Source: Promethearchaeum syntrophicum
Lineage (GTDB): Archaea > Asgardarchaeota > Lokiarchaeia > Sigyniarchaeales > Promethearchaeaceae
DNA: 32,000 nucleotides
Direction: 5' to 3'
Assembly (NCBI RefSeq): GCF_008000775.2
Contig: NZ_CP042905.2
Span: forward strand, 270,001-302,000
Within the stretch, counting starts at the first letter, position 1; every line of letters begins with the position of its first letter. Positions 26,301 through 32,000 of this stretch are shown here, in pieces. Both the position numbers and the translations under genes were made by a program. A model generated the notes under the pieces. The model was not told where the DNA came from. It searched no databases and saw only the letters and a program-made list of their open reading frames with translations.

Positions 26301-27827
26301 GATTTCTGCACTCGCTGAAGATACTGAAGCCTGAATATCAGCTTGTCTTTGCATTGCTTTATCTCTGTCAACTTCTGCTTTTTTAATTTCCTCATCCAAT
26401 TCTTTTTGCTGATTTTTTTGCTCTTCAATCTTATTCTTCAAGTCATTTATTGCCCCGCTGATTTCATCCTTCTCTGCTTGGGCTGCCTTAATAGCCTCGT
26501 CAATTGACTCATCTTCTTTCTTAAGTTTTGCCAACTCTTTTTCCAATTTCGTCAATTTTTTGGTATTTTTCGTAATATTTTTGTTGGACAGATTGATTTC
26601 AGTTGATAATCCTTTTATATCTTGCTTTACTTTCGAAATTTCTTTATTTATTCCGGTTTTCTGCTCATTGATCTCGGCTATTTGGATTTCTCGCTTTTTC
26701 TGCTCTTGAATTGTTTCATTAATGATTTCAGAAGTTTCATCCATCCGCTGCTCCACAACATCTATCTCCCCTGAAGACAATGCTATTAAATCATCGAATG
26801 TTTGCCCCTCTTCCAATTTCTCTTGGAGATTTTGCAATTTTTCAATATTGGCTTCCAGTCGCTTTAAATTCTCCTTTGTTGCTTCCAAGGTCGCCTCTTT
26901 TGCCGACAAATCGGATCTTTGCTGGCTGATATCCTCCTCAATTTTGGCCTTTTCCCCTTCTACCCCGGCTAAATCTTCTTTAATATTATTTAACAGTAAA
27001 TTTTCGGTTTCAATCTTCTCTTTCTGCCGATCTATTCGCGATTTCAACTCGTCCATCACTAATTGGGTTGATTCGATATCAGCTCCGATTTCTTCCTCTC
27101 GCTGGCGTAGATGAAAGATTTTCAGCGCAATCAGCTGCGCATTATATTGTTTGATTAAATTATCCAACTGTTTCCATTGGAGTGCATCATTTTTCTCCTT
27201 TTCGACCTTCTTTAACTGCTGTGACACTTCTTTGAAAATTGCCTCGAATTGCCCCAAATCTGTATCTGCTTTCTCCAGCTCTTTGAGGGTCCGCGCCTTC
27301 ATCTGATCATACTTTTCTAGTCCAATAAGGGTTTCAATGAAAATCCGCCGATTCACCGTATTCATATGAGTCAGTTCGACAATTTTTCCTTGGAGAATAA
27401 ATTGATTTGAGCCATCTGGATCAATATTTGCCTGCGCCAGTGCATTTAGCAGGATTTCGCGGGTAGTTTTTTTTCCTTGAATCTTATATCCTGATTGTCC
27501 CTTCGCTTTGACCCACCGTGTTATGTCATATTCATCGCTGTCTTCTGGAAACTCTCGATTCCTATTGTCGAACGTTAATGTTACCTCTGCTCTGGTTGCT
27601 GCTTTAGCTGTTTTTGAACCCGCAAATATGAGATCTGTTAAGGCGCGCGCGCGCATTGTTTTTTTCGACATACGCCCCAGTGCAAAACAGAGAGCGTCTA
27701 TGATGTTGCTTTTACCGTTTCCGTTTGGACCGATGATACATGTAAATCCTTTAGCAAGTGAGACAGAGACAGTGCGATTTCCGAAGCTTTTAAAACCAGT
27801 CATGGTAACGCGTTTAATGAAAGTCAT
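23346..27827 (-). CDS. smc: SMC chromosome-condensation ATPase, unusually long (1493 aa)
   Basis: The N-terminal head is MTGFKSFGNRTV...IIGPNGNGKSNIIDALCFALG (Walker A) with Q-loop QGK. The C-terminal head is LSGGEKTLVALSFIFAV (signature) and FYIMDEIDAALD (Walker B/D-loop). Between them lie about 1050 aa of coiled-coil-type sequence. The gene is followed directly by scpA and scpB. Confidence 0.92.
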   Translation of the reverse strand: MTFIKRVTMTGFKSFGNRTVSVSLAKGFTCIIGPNGNGKSNIIDALCFALGRMSKKTMRARALTDLIFAGSKTAKAATRAEVTLTFDNRNREFPEDSDEYDITRWVKAKGQSGYKIQGKKTTREILLNALAQANIDPDGSNQFILQGKIVELTHMNTVNRRIFIETLIGLEKYDQMKARTLKELEKADTDLGQFEAIFKEVSQQLKKVEKEKNDALQWKQLDNLIKQYNAQLIALKIFHLRQREEEIGADIESTQLVMDELKSRIDRQKEKIETENLLLNNIKEDLAGVEGEKAKIEEDISQQRSDLSAKEATLEATKENLKRLEANIEKLQNLQEKLEEGQTFDDLIALSSGEIDVVEQRMDETSEIINETIQEQKKREIQIAEINEQKTGINKEISKVKQDIKGLSTEINLSNKNITKNTKKLTKLEKELAKLKKEDESIDEAIKAAQAEKDEISGAINDLKNKIEEQKNQQKELDEEIKKAEVDRDKAMQRQADIQASVSSASAEINLFDGQINDLEEKKEGFQKEYDRLTKGNPVEDQVKGLKSKEALLNNELAEAKNKLKKANDEQKNSQNKKETFEIKRRSLENEVADLEKRISNVKYDLKNAQGEVKKSEREKNEKTLHNTNLTDEINVLTIEKEKLSEQAKNINKKLEKLNTDREDLQEKIDKKADEQAESSHELESVMTTVHELIQNIDRSAGNIKSDIQNATQVAIDESESVLRSFVMDITDMLGTIEEISTKEAEEIKIELEQVVTTLNFLIENSDQPIQQLNEVVRDASEEALVESTSNFDNFVLDFTEVFASIRIAIQALGVSDTSEQYRLLDSLNESIQREQNQLLEISNKLTKIESNLEQKEDRNATLKRDLKDLTQNFEDNTEKIKNGNIEIEEKATKIETLKKEIEDINTKFTEIKQFSDDFWKSSKDLQSLIDSKSEELNGIISDLNSLGTVKRFLEDIESATKDQEKLRENIKNKKKSIEELNQSNTKAQEETKSVNEKISKIKQDRESAEDIRTDLEAQIEGENEKFNESISKLKDLENVQKLISDIENLKLENEEFTETINEDKEKITTFEADIEKFDEQINVKNTEIEGIQSERKDLEQKENEQRGTLSDLTNEKNALDKKRDKQQQMKDRAIEIENMKSEVIDLQDGIIDFEDSIKYITEEIGKFEEERTEKSNAITELNTQINESWEKQKSLRDELGELNTDLSMNTTKFNNLENEKIYVEEKIDEYFEKSKEFGTLPPVSDDLDETQLTNSINKVTTERTALEPVNLKSIEEFEQVRERWDEIDMRRQTLQRERKAILDSIERIELEKTRNFMKAYHEINRVFSAVFQKLSPGGSAKMILENPAHPFEGGITIEARPRGKKISSLTILSGGEKTLVALSFIFAVQNFYPAPFYIMDEIDAALDGPNVYRVSMVIKEYASQSQFLVISHREENITNSEIIYGVAMNDGITDIFNVDLEEEKDRDDFGSKIEGIDDADLDSPIVTDVLDE

Positions 27828-28077
27828 GTGGGTGGGCTCTTTTTATATTAGGTAGGGGGATTTTTTGGTGCTTATAAGGGGAAAAAGATTTCTAATGCTA
27901 TAGACCTTATGCTTATATAAGAATTAATTGTCGTATTTAAAAGCATTAACTCTTTGCGAGAAATTTATCATAAGAAAATGATCGGTATTTGGTGCCGACT
28001 TCAATTTTCTGGGTTATTTTAAAGGATGGGAAGAAGTCGATATATAGTCAAAAGGAAAAGGAATGCTATTAAAAAAT

Positions 28078-28818
28078 TTAGCGGATATAGAATGCAACCT
28101 TTCCATTAGTGTCGATTTTAATTTGTGTTTTCGGCGAGATATCGAAGTCATAGAACTCTTCGGCGATTTTTGGGAATTTTTTGAAGGTGTCGTGGATAAA
28201 TCTTCTGCATGTGGTGATTCTGGATTGTTTGTGGGCATCGGGGGTTTGGGTTAAGATTTCAGTCATCATCGAGGATAGGTCGGCATGTTTTTGGATTTGT
28301 TTGGTGATATATTGTTTTACATTGGAAATCTTGTTTTGAAATTCGAGTAATTTATTGAATTGAAGGAAATTTTGCACAATTCTTTTCTGTTTTCTGATTG
28401 TGTCAGAAGAGTATTTTCTATTTTCAGTGAGATAAGTCTTAAACTCGTTTAATTGGGAATTTTTAGCGTTTTCTATGCTGTTCAAGTCGGGATTCTGTAT
28501 TTTAAGGAATTTATAATAGTTTTTAAGAGCGAGATTTGCTTTTGATATCAATTCTTTAGATTTACTTTGTCTAACGAATTCATTATCGATGAATTTTTCA
28601 ATAAGTATGTGGTCATTTTGGAGGATAGGTTGTTGGTGTGAATCAGAATACCATTTTGAAAAGTCAGGGTTATGAAATCTTAAATATCTTCGAATCTGGT
28701 TAGAATAATTAGTATAAACTTTTTTAGATTTCAAGTTTTTTTTCAAATATTTTTCATATTGTTGATATTGTTTATATGAAATTTTAGAGATTTCTTGTGT
28801 TTTTGGGGAATTTTTCAT
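28078..28818 (-). CDS. hypothetical protein (246 aa) built from about four helical repeats resembling integrase N-terminal SAM-like (core-binding) domains, with no recombinase catalytic domain
   Basis: Repeated pattern F/Y..YL......S..T......I..FL.F: YEKYLKKNLKSKKVYTNYSNQIRRYLRF, IEKFIDNEF...ANLALKNYYKFL, FKTYLTENRKYSSDTIRKQKRIVQNFLQF, VKQYITKQ...TTCRRFIHDTF. The start overlaps the upstream stop (ATGA). The domain call rests on pattern only. Confidence 0.55.
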   Translation of the reverse strand: MKNSPKTQEISKISYKQYQQYEKYLKKNLKSKKVYTNYSNQIRRYLRFHNPDFSKWYSDSHQQPILQNDHILIEKFIDNEFVRQSKSKELISKANLALKNYYKFLKIQNPDLNSIENAKNSQLNEFKTYLTENRKYSSDTIRKQKRIVQNFLQFNKLLEFQNKISNVKQYITKQIQKHADLSSMMTEILTQTPDAHKQSRITTCRRFIHDTFKKFPKIAEEFYDFDISPKTQIKIDTNGKVAFYIR

Positions 28819-29072
28819 GAAGTAATCATAAAATTATAAAATTCCTTACAACTTTCACATTGCATTGGTAATTCGTTTGTTTTATTGTTATATCCGTTCT
28901 CAAGAGTGGTTTTATTTAAATATTCGAAAACTTTGGTTTTTGGAACAAATTTAACCACATTTTTTTCAAACCTTACCAAATTGGCCACATTTCTCTTTCC
29001 ATAAATTTCTTCTAAAAATCTGATATATTCCATTCCTTGGTTTTCTGATAGTGAATTTTGCAATTTAATCAC
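28815..29072 (-). CDS. small hypothetical protein (72-85 aa)
   Basis: ORF track entry. The start is either GTG at 29072 (6 nt after the upstream stop) or ATG at 29033 (MEYIRFLEE..., AAGGA upstream). The stop overlaps the next start. A C-terminal CESC pair is the only motif. Confidence 0.45.
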   Translation of the reverse strand: MIKLQNSLSENQGMEYIRFLEEIYGKRNVANLVRFEKNVVKFVPKTKVFEYLNKTTLENGYNNKTNELPMQCESCKEFYNFMITS

Positions 29073-29078
29073 CTTGTT

Positions 29079-30071
29079 TTAAAAAAATAATTGGACATAT
29101 TCATTTGTTTTTTGATAAATATGGGGATACGGAACTTGATAGCCTCTTTTCTTAGCTTGTCCATTGATCCATGCGGAGAGTTCATTGATTAAATTATTTT
29201 TATTGGAGGTTTTAAGTCGAAAATTGTCAAATCGAGAACAAATTTCTTCATTTGAGAGAAAATCAAATCCAAAATCAAAATAATTGGGTAGGTTCTTCTT
29301 ATTAAATTGAGAAAATGCTTTTTGTATTTTTTCTTCGGGTTCTTTAATCATATTAAAGAGTGCTTTTCCATCAAGGTCAGGCAGTTTTAACCATCCTTTC
29401 ATTGTCCAAAAGAGTAAGACATGAAAACTATCATCGTAAAGTCGTTGAATTTCTCTTTCATTATTTAAATTCCTGAGGTTAAAATATTCTTTTGCCATTT
29501 TAGCTCCGCTAGCTTTAATAAGCTGAAAAAATCGTTTCACAGGGGTAATATGTCGTGAAATAGGACCCGCTCCATGAATATTCATCTTAAACGGTCCAGG
29601 TTCTCCTGAAAAAACTAAATTAATCATGGTGAAATCCATATAAGATCTGATCATTTCGATTGTTGCTTGATCTGCTTTTGCTCCCATAAGGTATTGTTTC
29701 AAGTAATTACCACTTAAATACGAATCTTTTTTTGCTTTTATCAACGGTTTCCCGTAATCAAGTAATGGTTCGATCCATCCGCGTGCATACCAATAAGTAA
29801 TCAAATATTTTACCTTATCAAAAATTTCTTTATGCCTCCCTCGAATAACGTCTATTTGGAGTAATGCAAGAGTCACTTCAAGGGCAGCCATATGCCTCAT
29901 CAAATTAATAGCATCGCAAACGTTTTTTATGGGGTGTTTCTCACCCATTATAATTTTTTCTTCTCCCAAAGGGAGATCGAGCTTATTAATTTCATCTTGA
30001 GCAATCTCCAATAAGGCTGGAGCGGGTTTACCCCCCTCTAGAACTCGTTGAATATAATCTTCTTGAGTCAT
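29079..30071 (-). CDS. hypothetical protein (330 aa), paralog A of a tandem pair (shared ~230-aa N-terminal module, unique ~100-aa C-terminus)
   Basis: GAGGTGA lies 5 nt upstream of the ATG. The N-terminal 233 aa are clearly homologous to the upstream gene (e.g. IAQDEINKLDLPLG, MGEKHPIKN, HMAALEVTLALLQIDVIR, YLSGNYLKQYLMGAKADQ, MKGWLK). I recognise no known domain. Confidence 0.75.
   Translation of the reverse strand: MTQEDYIQRVLEGGKPAPALLEIAQDEINKLDLPLGEEKIIMGEKHPIKNVCDAINLMRHMAALEVTLALLQIDVIRGRHKEIFDKVKYLITYWYARGWIEPLLDYGKPLIKAKKDSYLSGNYLKQYLMGAKADQATIEMIRSYMDFTMINLVFSGEPGPFKMNIHGAGPISRHITPVKRFFQLIKASGAKMAKEYFNLRNLNNEREIQRLYDDSFHVLLFWTMKGWLKLPDLDGKALFNMIKEPEEKIQKAFSQFNKKNLPNYFDFGFDFLSNEEICSRFDNFRLKTSNKNNLINELSAWINGQAKKRGYQVPYPHIYQKTNEYVQLFF
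29373..30071 (-). repeat. tandem duplication unit, copy A (N-terminal module of the 330-aa gene), homologous to 30727..31413
   Basis: Nucleotide-level similarity is visible by eye over about 690 nt at an offset of about 1342 nt. It includes an identical run of about 56 nt, CTCGAATAACGTCTATTTGGAGTAATGCAAGAGTCACTTCAAGGGCAGCCATATGC, at about 29841-29896 and about 31185-31240. Confidence 0.85.
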
Positions 30072-30099
30072 AATTTCACCTCAATCAATAATTAGGATT

Positions 30100-31413
30100 T
30101 TATCTTGATAATTTGCTCATCTCAAACATTGTTTTCATAATTCCAGAGCCAGATGATTTTAAAAATTCCCAAAATCCTTTTTTCACTCGTTTACTCATAG
30201 AGGAAGTATATACAAAAGAAATTTTTCCTTCTTTTGGTCCTATAACAGGTATCCAACGATAATTTTCATTAATCCAATTTCCATCTCTGGTTAACCCAAA
30301 AGCAGCCATTATGTTTTCACTTATTTTCTGATTTATCTCCCACTCATTAGCTTTTTTGAATAATATTCTGGCAAGTAATGCAAAATTGAAACCATCCCGA
30401 TTTTGTCCATTTCGACTCATTTCCGCGTATCCTTTCCACCAAGCTTTCATAAATACGTCGTATTCTCCAATGGTTAGTGTAGGAAAATCAAAATCTTTCG
30501 ATTTACTCATTTCTAAATATACTTTTTTGATTTTAGGATTATCTACAACAATTATAGTAGTTGTCCGGTGTTTTTTATTTCCAAATTGTTTATCTCGGTT
30601 TGCTATAAATTCAAAAAGTATTTTTGGATTTTTTTCTTTGGAGAATAAAAACTCTAAGATTCTTGTAAAACCGCCGTCTCGAAATTCAAGGATTTGAGAC
30701 GTAATTGGGGATGGATCGTTTTCCTCAAGATCTGGTATCTTTAACCATCCTTTCATTATCCAAAAGAGTAAAATATGAAAGCAATCATCATTAAGTTGCT
30801 GGATTTCTCTTTGGTTATTTAAATTTTTGAGATTAAAGCATTCATTTGCCATTTTAGTTCCACTAGTATTGAGAAGTTGAAAAAATCGTTTCATAAGGGG
30901 ATCATTCCTTGAAATTGGACCGACTCCATTAGCATGAGTAAGTCCAGATTCTTTTGAAAAAAACTGAACCATGGTTAAATCCATGTATGATTGAATCATT
31001 TTGAGAGTTTTTTGATCTGCTTTAGCTCCCATAAGGTATTGTTTTAAGTAATTACCACTTAAATACGAATCTCCTTTCGTTTTTATCAAGGGTTTCCCGT
31101 AAGCCGGTAATGGTTCGATCCATCTACGTGCATACCAATATGGAATCAAATATTTTACATCTTCAAAAATTTTTTTATGCCTCACTCGAATAACGTCTAT
31201 TTGGAGTAATGCAAGAGTCACTTCAAGGGCAGCCATATGCCCCATCAAATAAATGGCATCACAAATGTTTTTTATGGGGTGTTTCTCCCCCATTATAATT
31301 GGTTCTCCTCCCAAAGGGAGATCAAGTTTATTAATTTCATCTTGAGCAATCTTCAATATGGTTGGGTCGGGCTTAGCTACCCCTGCTAAAACTTGTTTAA
31401 GATATTCTTCCAT
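30100..31413 (-). CDS. hypothetical protein (437 aa), paralog B of a tandem pair (shared N-terminal module, unique ~208-aa C-terminus)
   Basis: GGAGGAG lies about 9 nt upstream of the ATG. Its N-terminal 229 aa are homologous to the downstream gene, and the C-terminal region is unrelated by eye. No known domain recognised. Confidence 0.75.
   Translation of the reverse strand: MEEYLKQVLAGVAKPDPTILKIAQDEINKLDLPLGGEPIIMGEKHPIKNICDAIYLMGHMAALEVTLALLQIDVIRVRHKKIFEDVKYLIPYWYARRWIEPLPAYGKPLIKTKGDSYLSGNYLKQYLMGAKADQKTLKMIQSYMDLTMVQFFSKESGLTHANGVGPISRNDPLMKRFFQLLNTSGTKMANECFNLKNLNNQREIQQLNDDCFHILLFWIMKGWLKIPDLEENDPSPITSQILEFRDGGFTRILEFLFSKEKNPKILFEFIANRDKQFGNKKHRTTTIIVVDNPKIKKVYLEMSKSKDFDFPTLTIGEYDVFMKAWWKGYAEMSRNGQNRDGFNFALLARILFKKANEWEINQKISENIMAAFGLTRDGNWINENYRWIPVIGPKEGKISFVYTSSMSKRVKKGFWEFLKSSGSGIMKTMFEMSKLSR
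30727..31413 (-). repeat. tandem duplication unit, copy B (N-terminal module of the 437-aa gene)
   Basis: See copy A. Similarity ends abruptly after the MKGWLK(L/I)PDL codons. Confidence 0.85.
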
Positions 31414-31532
31414 TAGACTTTCTCCTCCAAATTCTTTAACTTATGGATTGAAATATTAGATTGAGCAAAAATTACCCCAACTAGAGCAATAAACGCTAAT
31501 ATCATTATATGATTTTGTTTTTTGTTTTTCAT
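31413..31532 (-). CDS. possible 39-aa membrane/signal-like peptide, translationally coupled to the 437-aa gene
   Basis: Not in the ORF track. The minus strand reads ATG AAA AAC AAA AAA CAA..., giving MKNKKQNHIMILAFIALVGVIFAQSNISIHKLKNLEEKV. Its TAA shares an A with the downstream ATG (TAATG at 31415-31411). It has one hydrophobic helix after a basic N-terminus. Confidence 0.35.
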   Translation of the reverse strand: MKNKKQNHIMILAFIALVGVIFAQSNISIHKLKNLEEKV

Positions 31533-31777
31533 TTTTGATCACTTTTGTATTTTTGTTAAAAAAATATCTGTTAAACTTCTATAAAAAAATTTAGAAATTT
31601 TGACTTTCATTTTTTTTCTGGTGTTTTTGAATTCCTTAACTATTCCGATATTAAATAGATTCATCATTTGTTTTGAGTTACGACCTTTTTTTCATTTGAC
31701 ATAGTAATTTCTCCATGAAAAATAAGGTTGAAATCAGTAAAAACAAAAAACAAAAAATAATAAAAAGTGAAAAAAAT

Positions 31778-32000
31778 ATGGGTTTATTTTACGATATACT
31801 ACTTTTACAATTCTTCGGATTGATAACGGTGAAAATATGCAATTTTGTCAAAGATCGGTTCGATCTAATCGATCAAATTTGTGATATTTTCTTAAAAACT
31901 GGTATTTATATTCGGGAATTGTGTCATTTTGCAGTATCCAAACTCTTGTTGGTTCCGATAGACTGGTCTGATTTAAATTTTAATAACAAGAAAGGGCGGA
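31778..32000 (+). CDS. possible 5-prime part of a hypothetical gene running off the window end
   Basis: ATG at 31778 opens a frame that stays open to nt 32000 (MGLFYDILLLQFFGLITVKICNFVKDRFDLIDQICDIF...). There is no motif and no clear RBS. Confidence 0.2.
   Translation, partial: MGLFYDILLLQFFGLITVKICNFVKDRFDLIDQICDIFLKTGIYIRELCHFAVSKLLLVPIDWSDLNFNNKKGR

Noticed and set aside
23346-27827. Possibility that the long SMC-like protein is Rad50 or SbcC rather than SMC
   Set aside because: There is no CxxC zinc hook (the only cysteines are in the head). The GFKSF N-terminus and LSGGEKT/DEIDAALD are SMC-type. The gene is followed by scpA and scpB rather than mre11.
23365-27855. A series of plus-strand ORFs (61-130 aa; e.g. 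23875..24162, 24193..24552, 24580..24864, 26722..27114, 27508..27855) antisense to smc
   Set aside because: They are S/F/L/I-rich low-complexity translations, typical of the reverse complement of GAA/AAA/GAT-rich coiled-coil codons. They lie entirely inside a well-supported 4.5-kb gene and have no RBS or motif.
27840-27925. TATA-like elements upstream of smc (TAATATAAAAA at 27840-27850; TTATATAAG near 27911-27920)
   Set aside because: The nearest one is only about 12-18 nt from the well-supported ATG, too close for standard TATA-TSS spacing. Several alternatives exist, so no promoter call is made without TSS data.
28014-28254. ORFs 28014..28238(-) and 28063..28254(+) at the 3-prime end of the 246-aa gene
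   Set aside because: They overlap the better-supported 28078..28818 gene and each other, and have no motifs or RBS. I checked the region for a tyrosine-recombinase catalytic remnant and found none, so no mobile element is called.

Overview
This is a strongly AT-rich archaeal chromosomal segment (G+C judged by eye, not computed). Genes are tightly packed and many are preceded by GGAGG/GGTGA-type Shine-Dalgarno sites. I found no rRNA, tRNA, CRISPR array or clear transposase.

Recognisable content:
- A frameshifted MFS transporter.
- A lysine-tailed archaeal histone.
- A 2-oxoacid:ferredoxin oxidoreductase operon (gamma-delta fusion, alpha, beta).
- A glutaredoxin-like protein and a Roadblock/longin-like protein, divergent from a Rab-like small GTPase.
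- A fused formiminotransferase-cyclodeaminase.
- A radical-SAM enzyme with a C-terminal helix-hairpin-helix (HhH) motif.
- A Gfo/Idh/MocA oxidoreductase.
- An smc-scpA-scpB condensin operon.

The combination of a Rab-like GTPase, Roadblock-like modules and a tailed histone suggests an Asgard (Loki/Heimdall-like) archaeon. This is an inference.

Most unusual observations:
1. The oxidoreductase beta subunit appears circularly permuted. Its GDG and DNE-NTG halves of the TPP (thiamine pyrophosphate)-binding motif sit at opposite termini.
2. The SMC is 1493 aa, with no recognisable glycine-rich hinge. ScpA carries a polybasic tail and ScpB a polyacidic tail.
3. Two orphan ~800-aa helical proteins and a 2-TM (two transmembrane helices) peptide converge on an overlapping pair of Cas4/RecB-like PD-(D/E)xK nuclease paralogs.
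4. A translationally coupled five-gene minus-strand operon lies upstream of smc. It contains tandem paralogs with a conserved N-terminal module and unrelated C-termini, plus a protein of integrase-SAM-like (integrase N-terminal core-binding domain) repeats with no catalytic domain.

Functions of items 3 and 4 are unknown.
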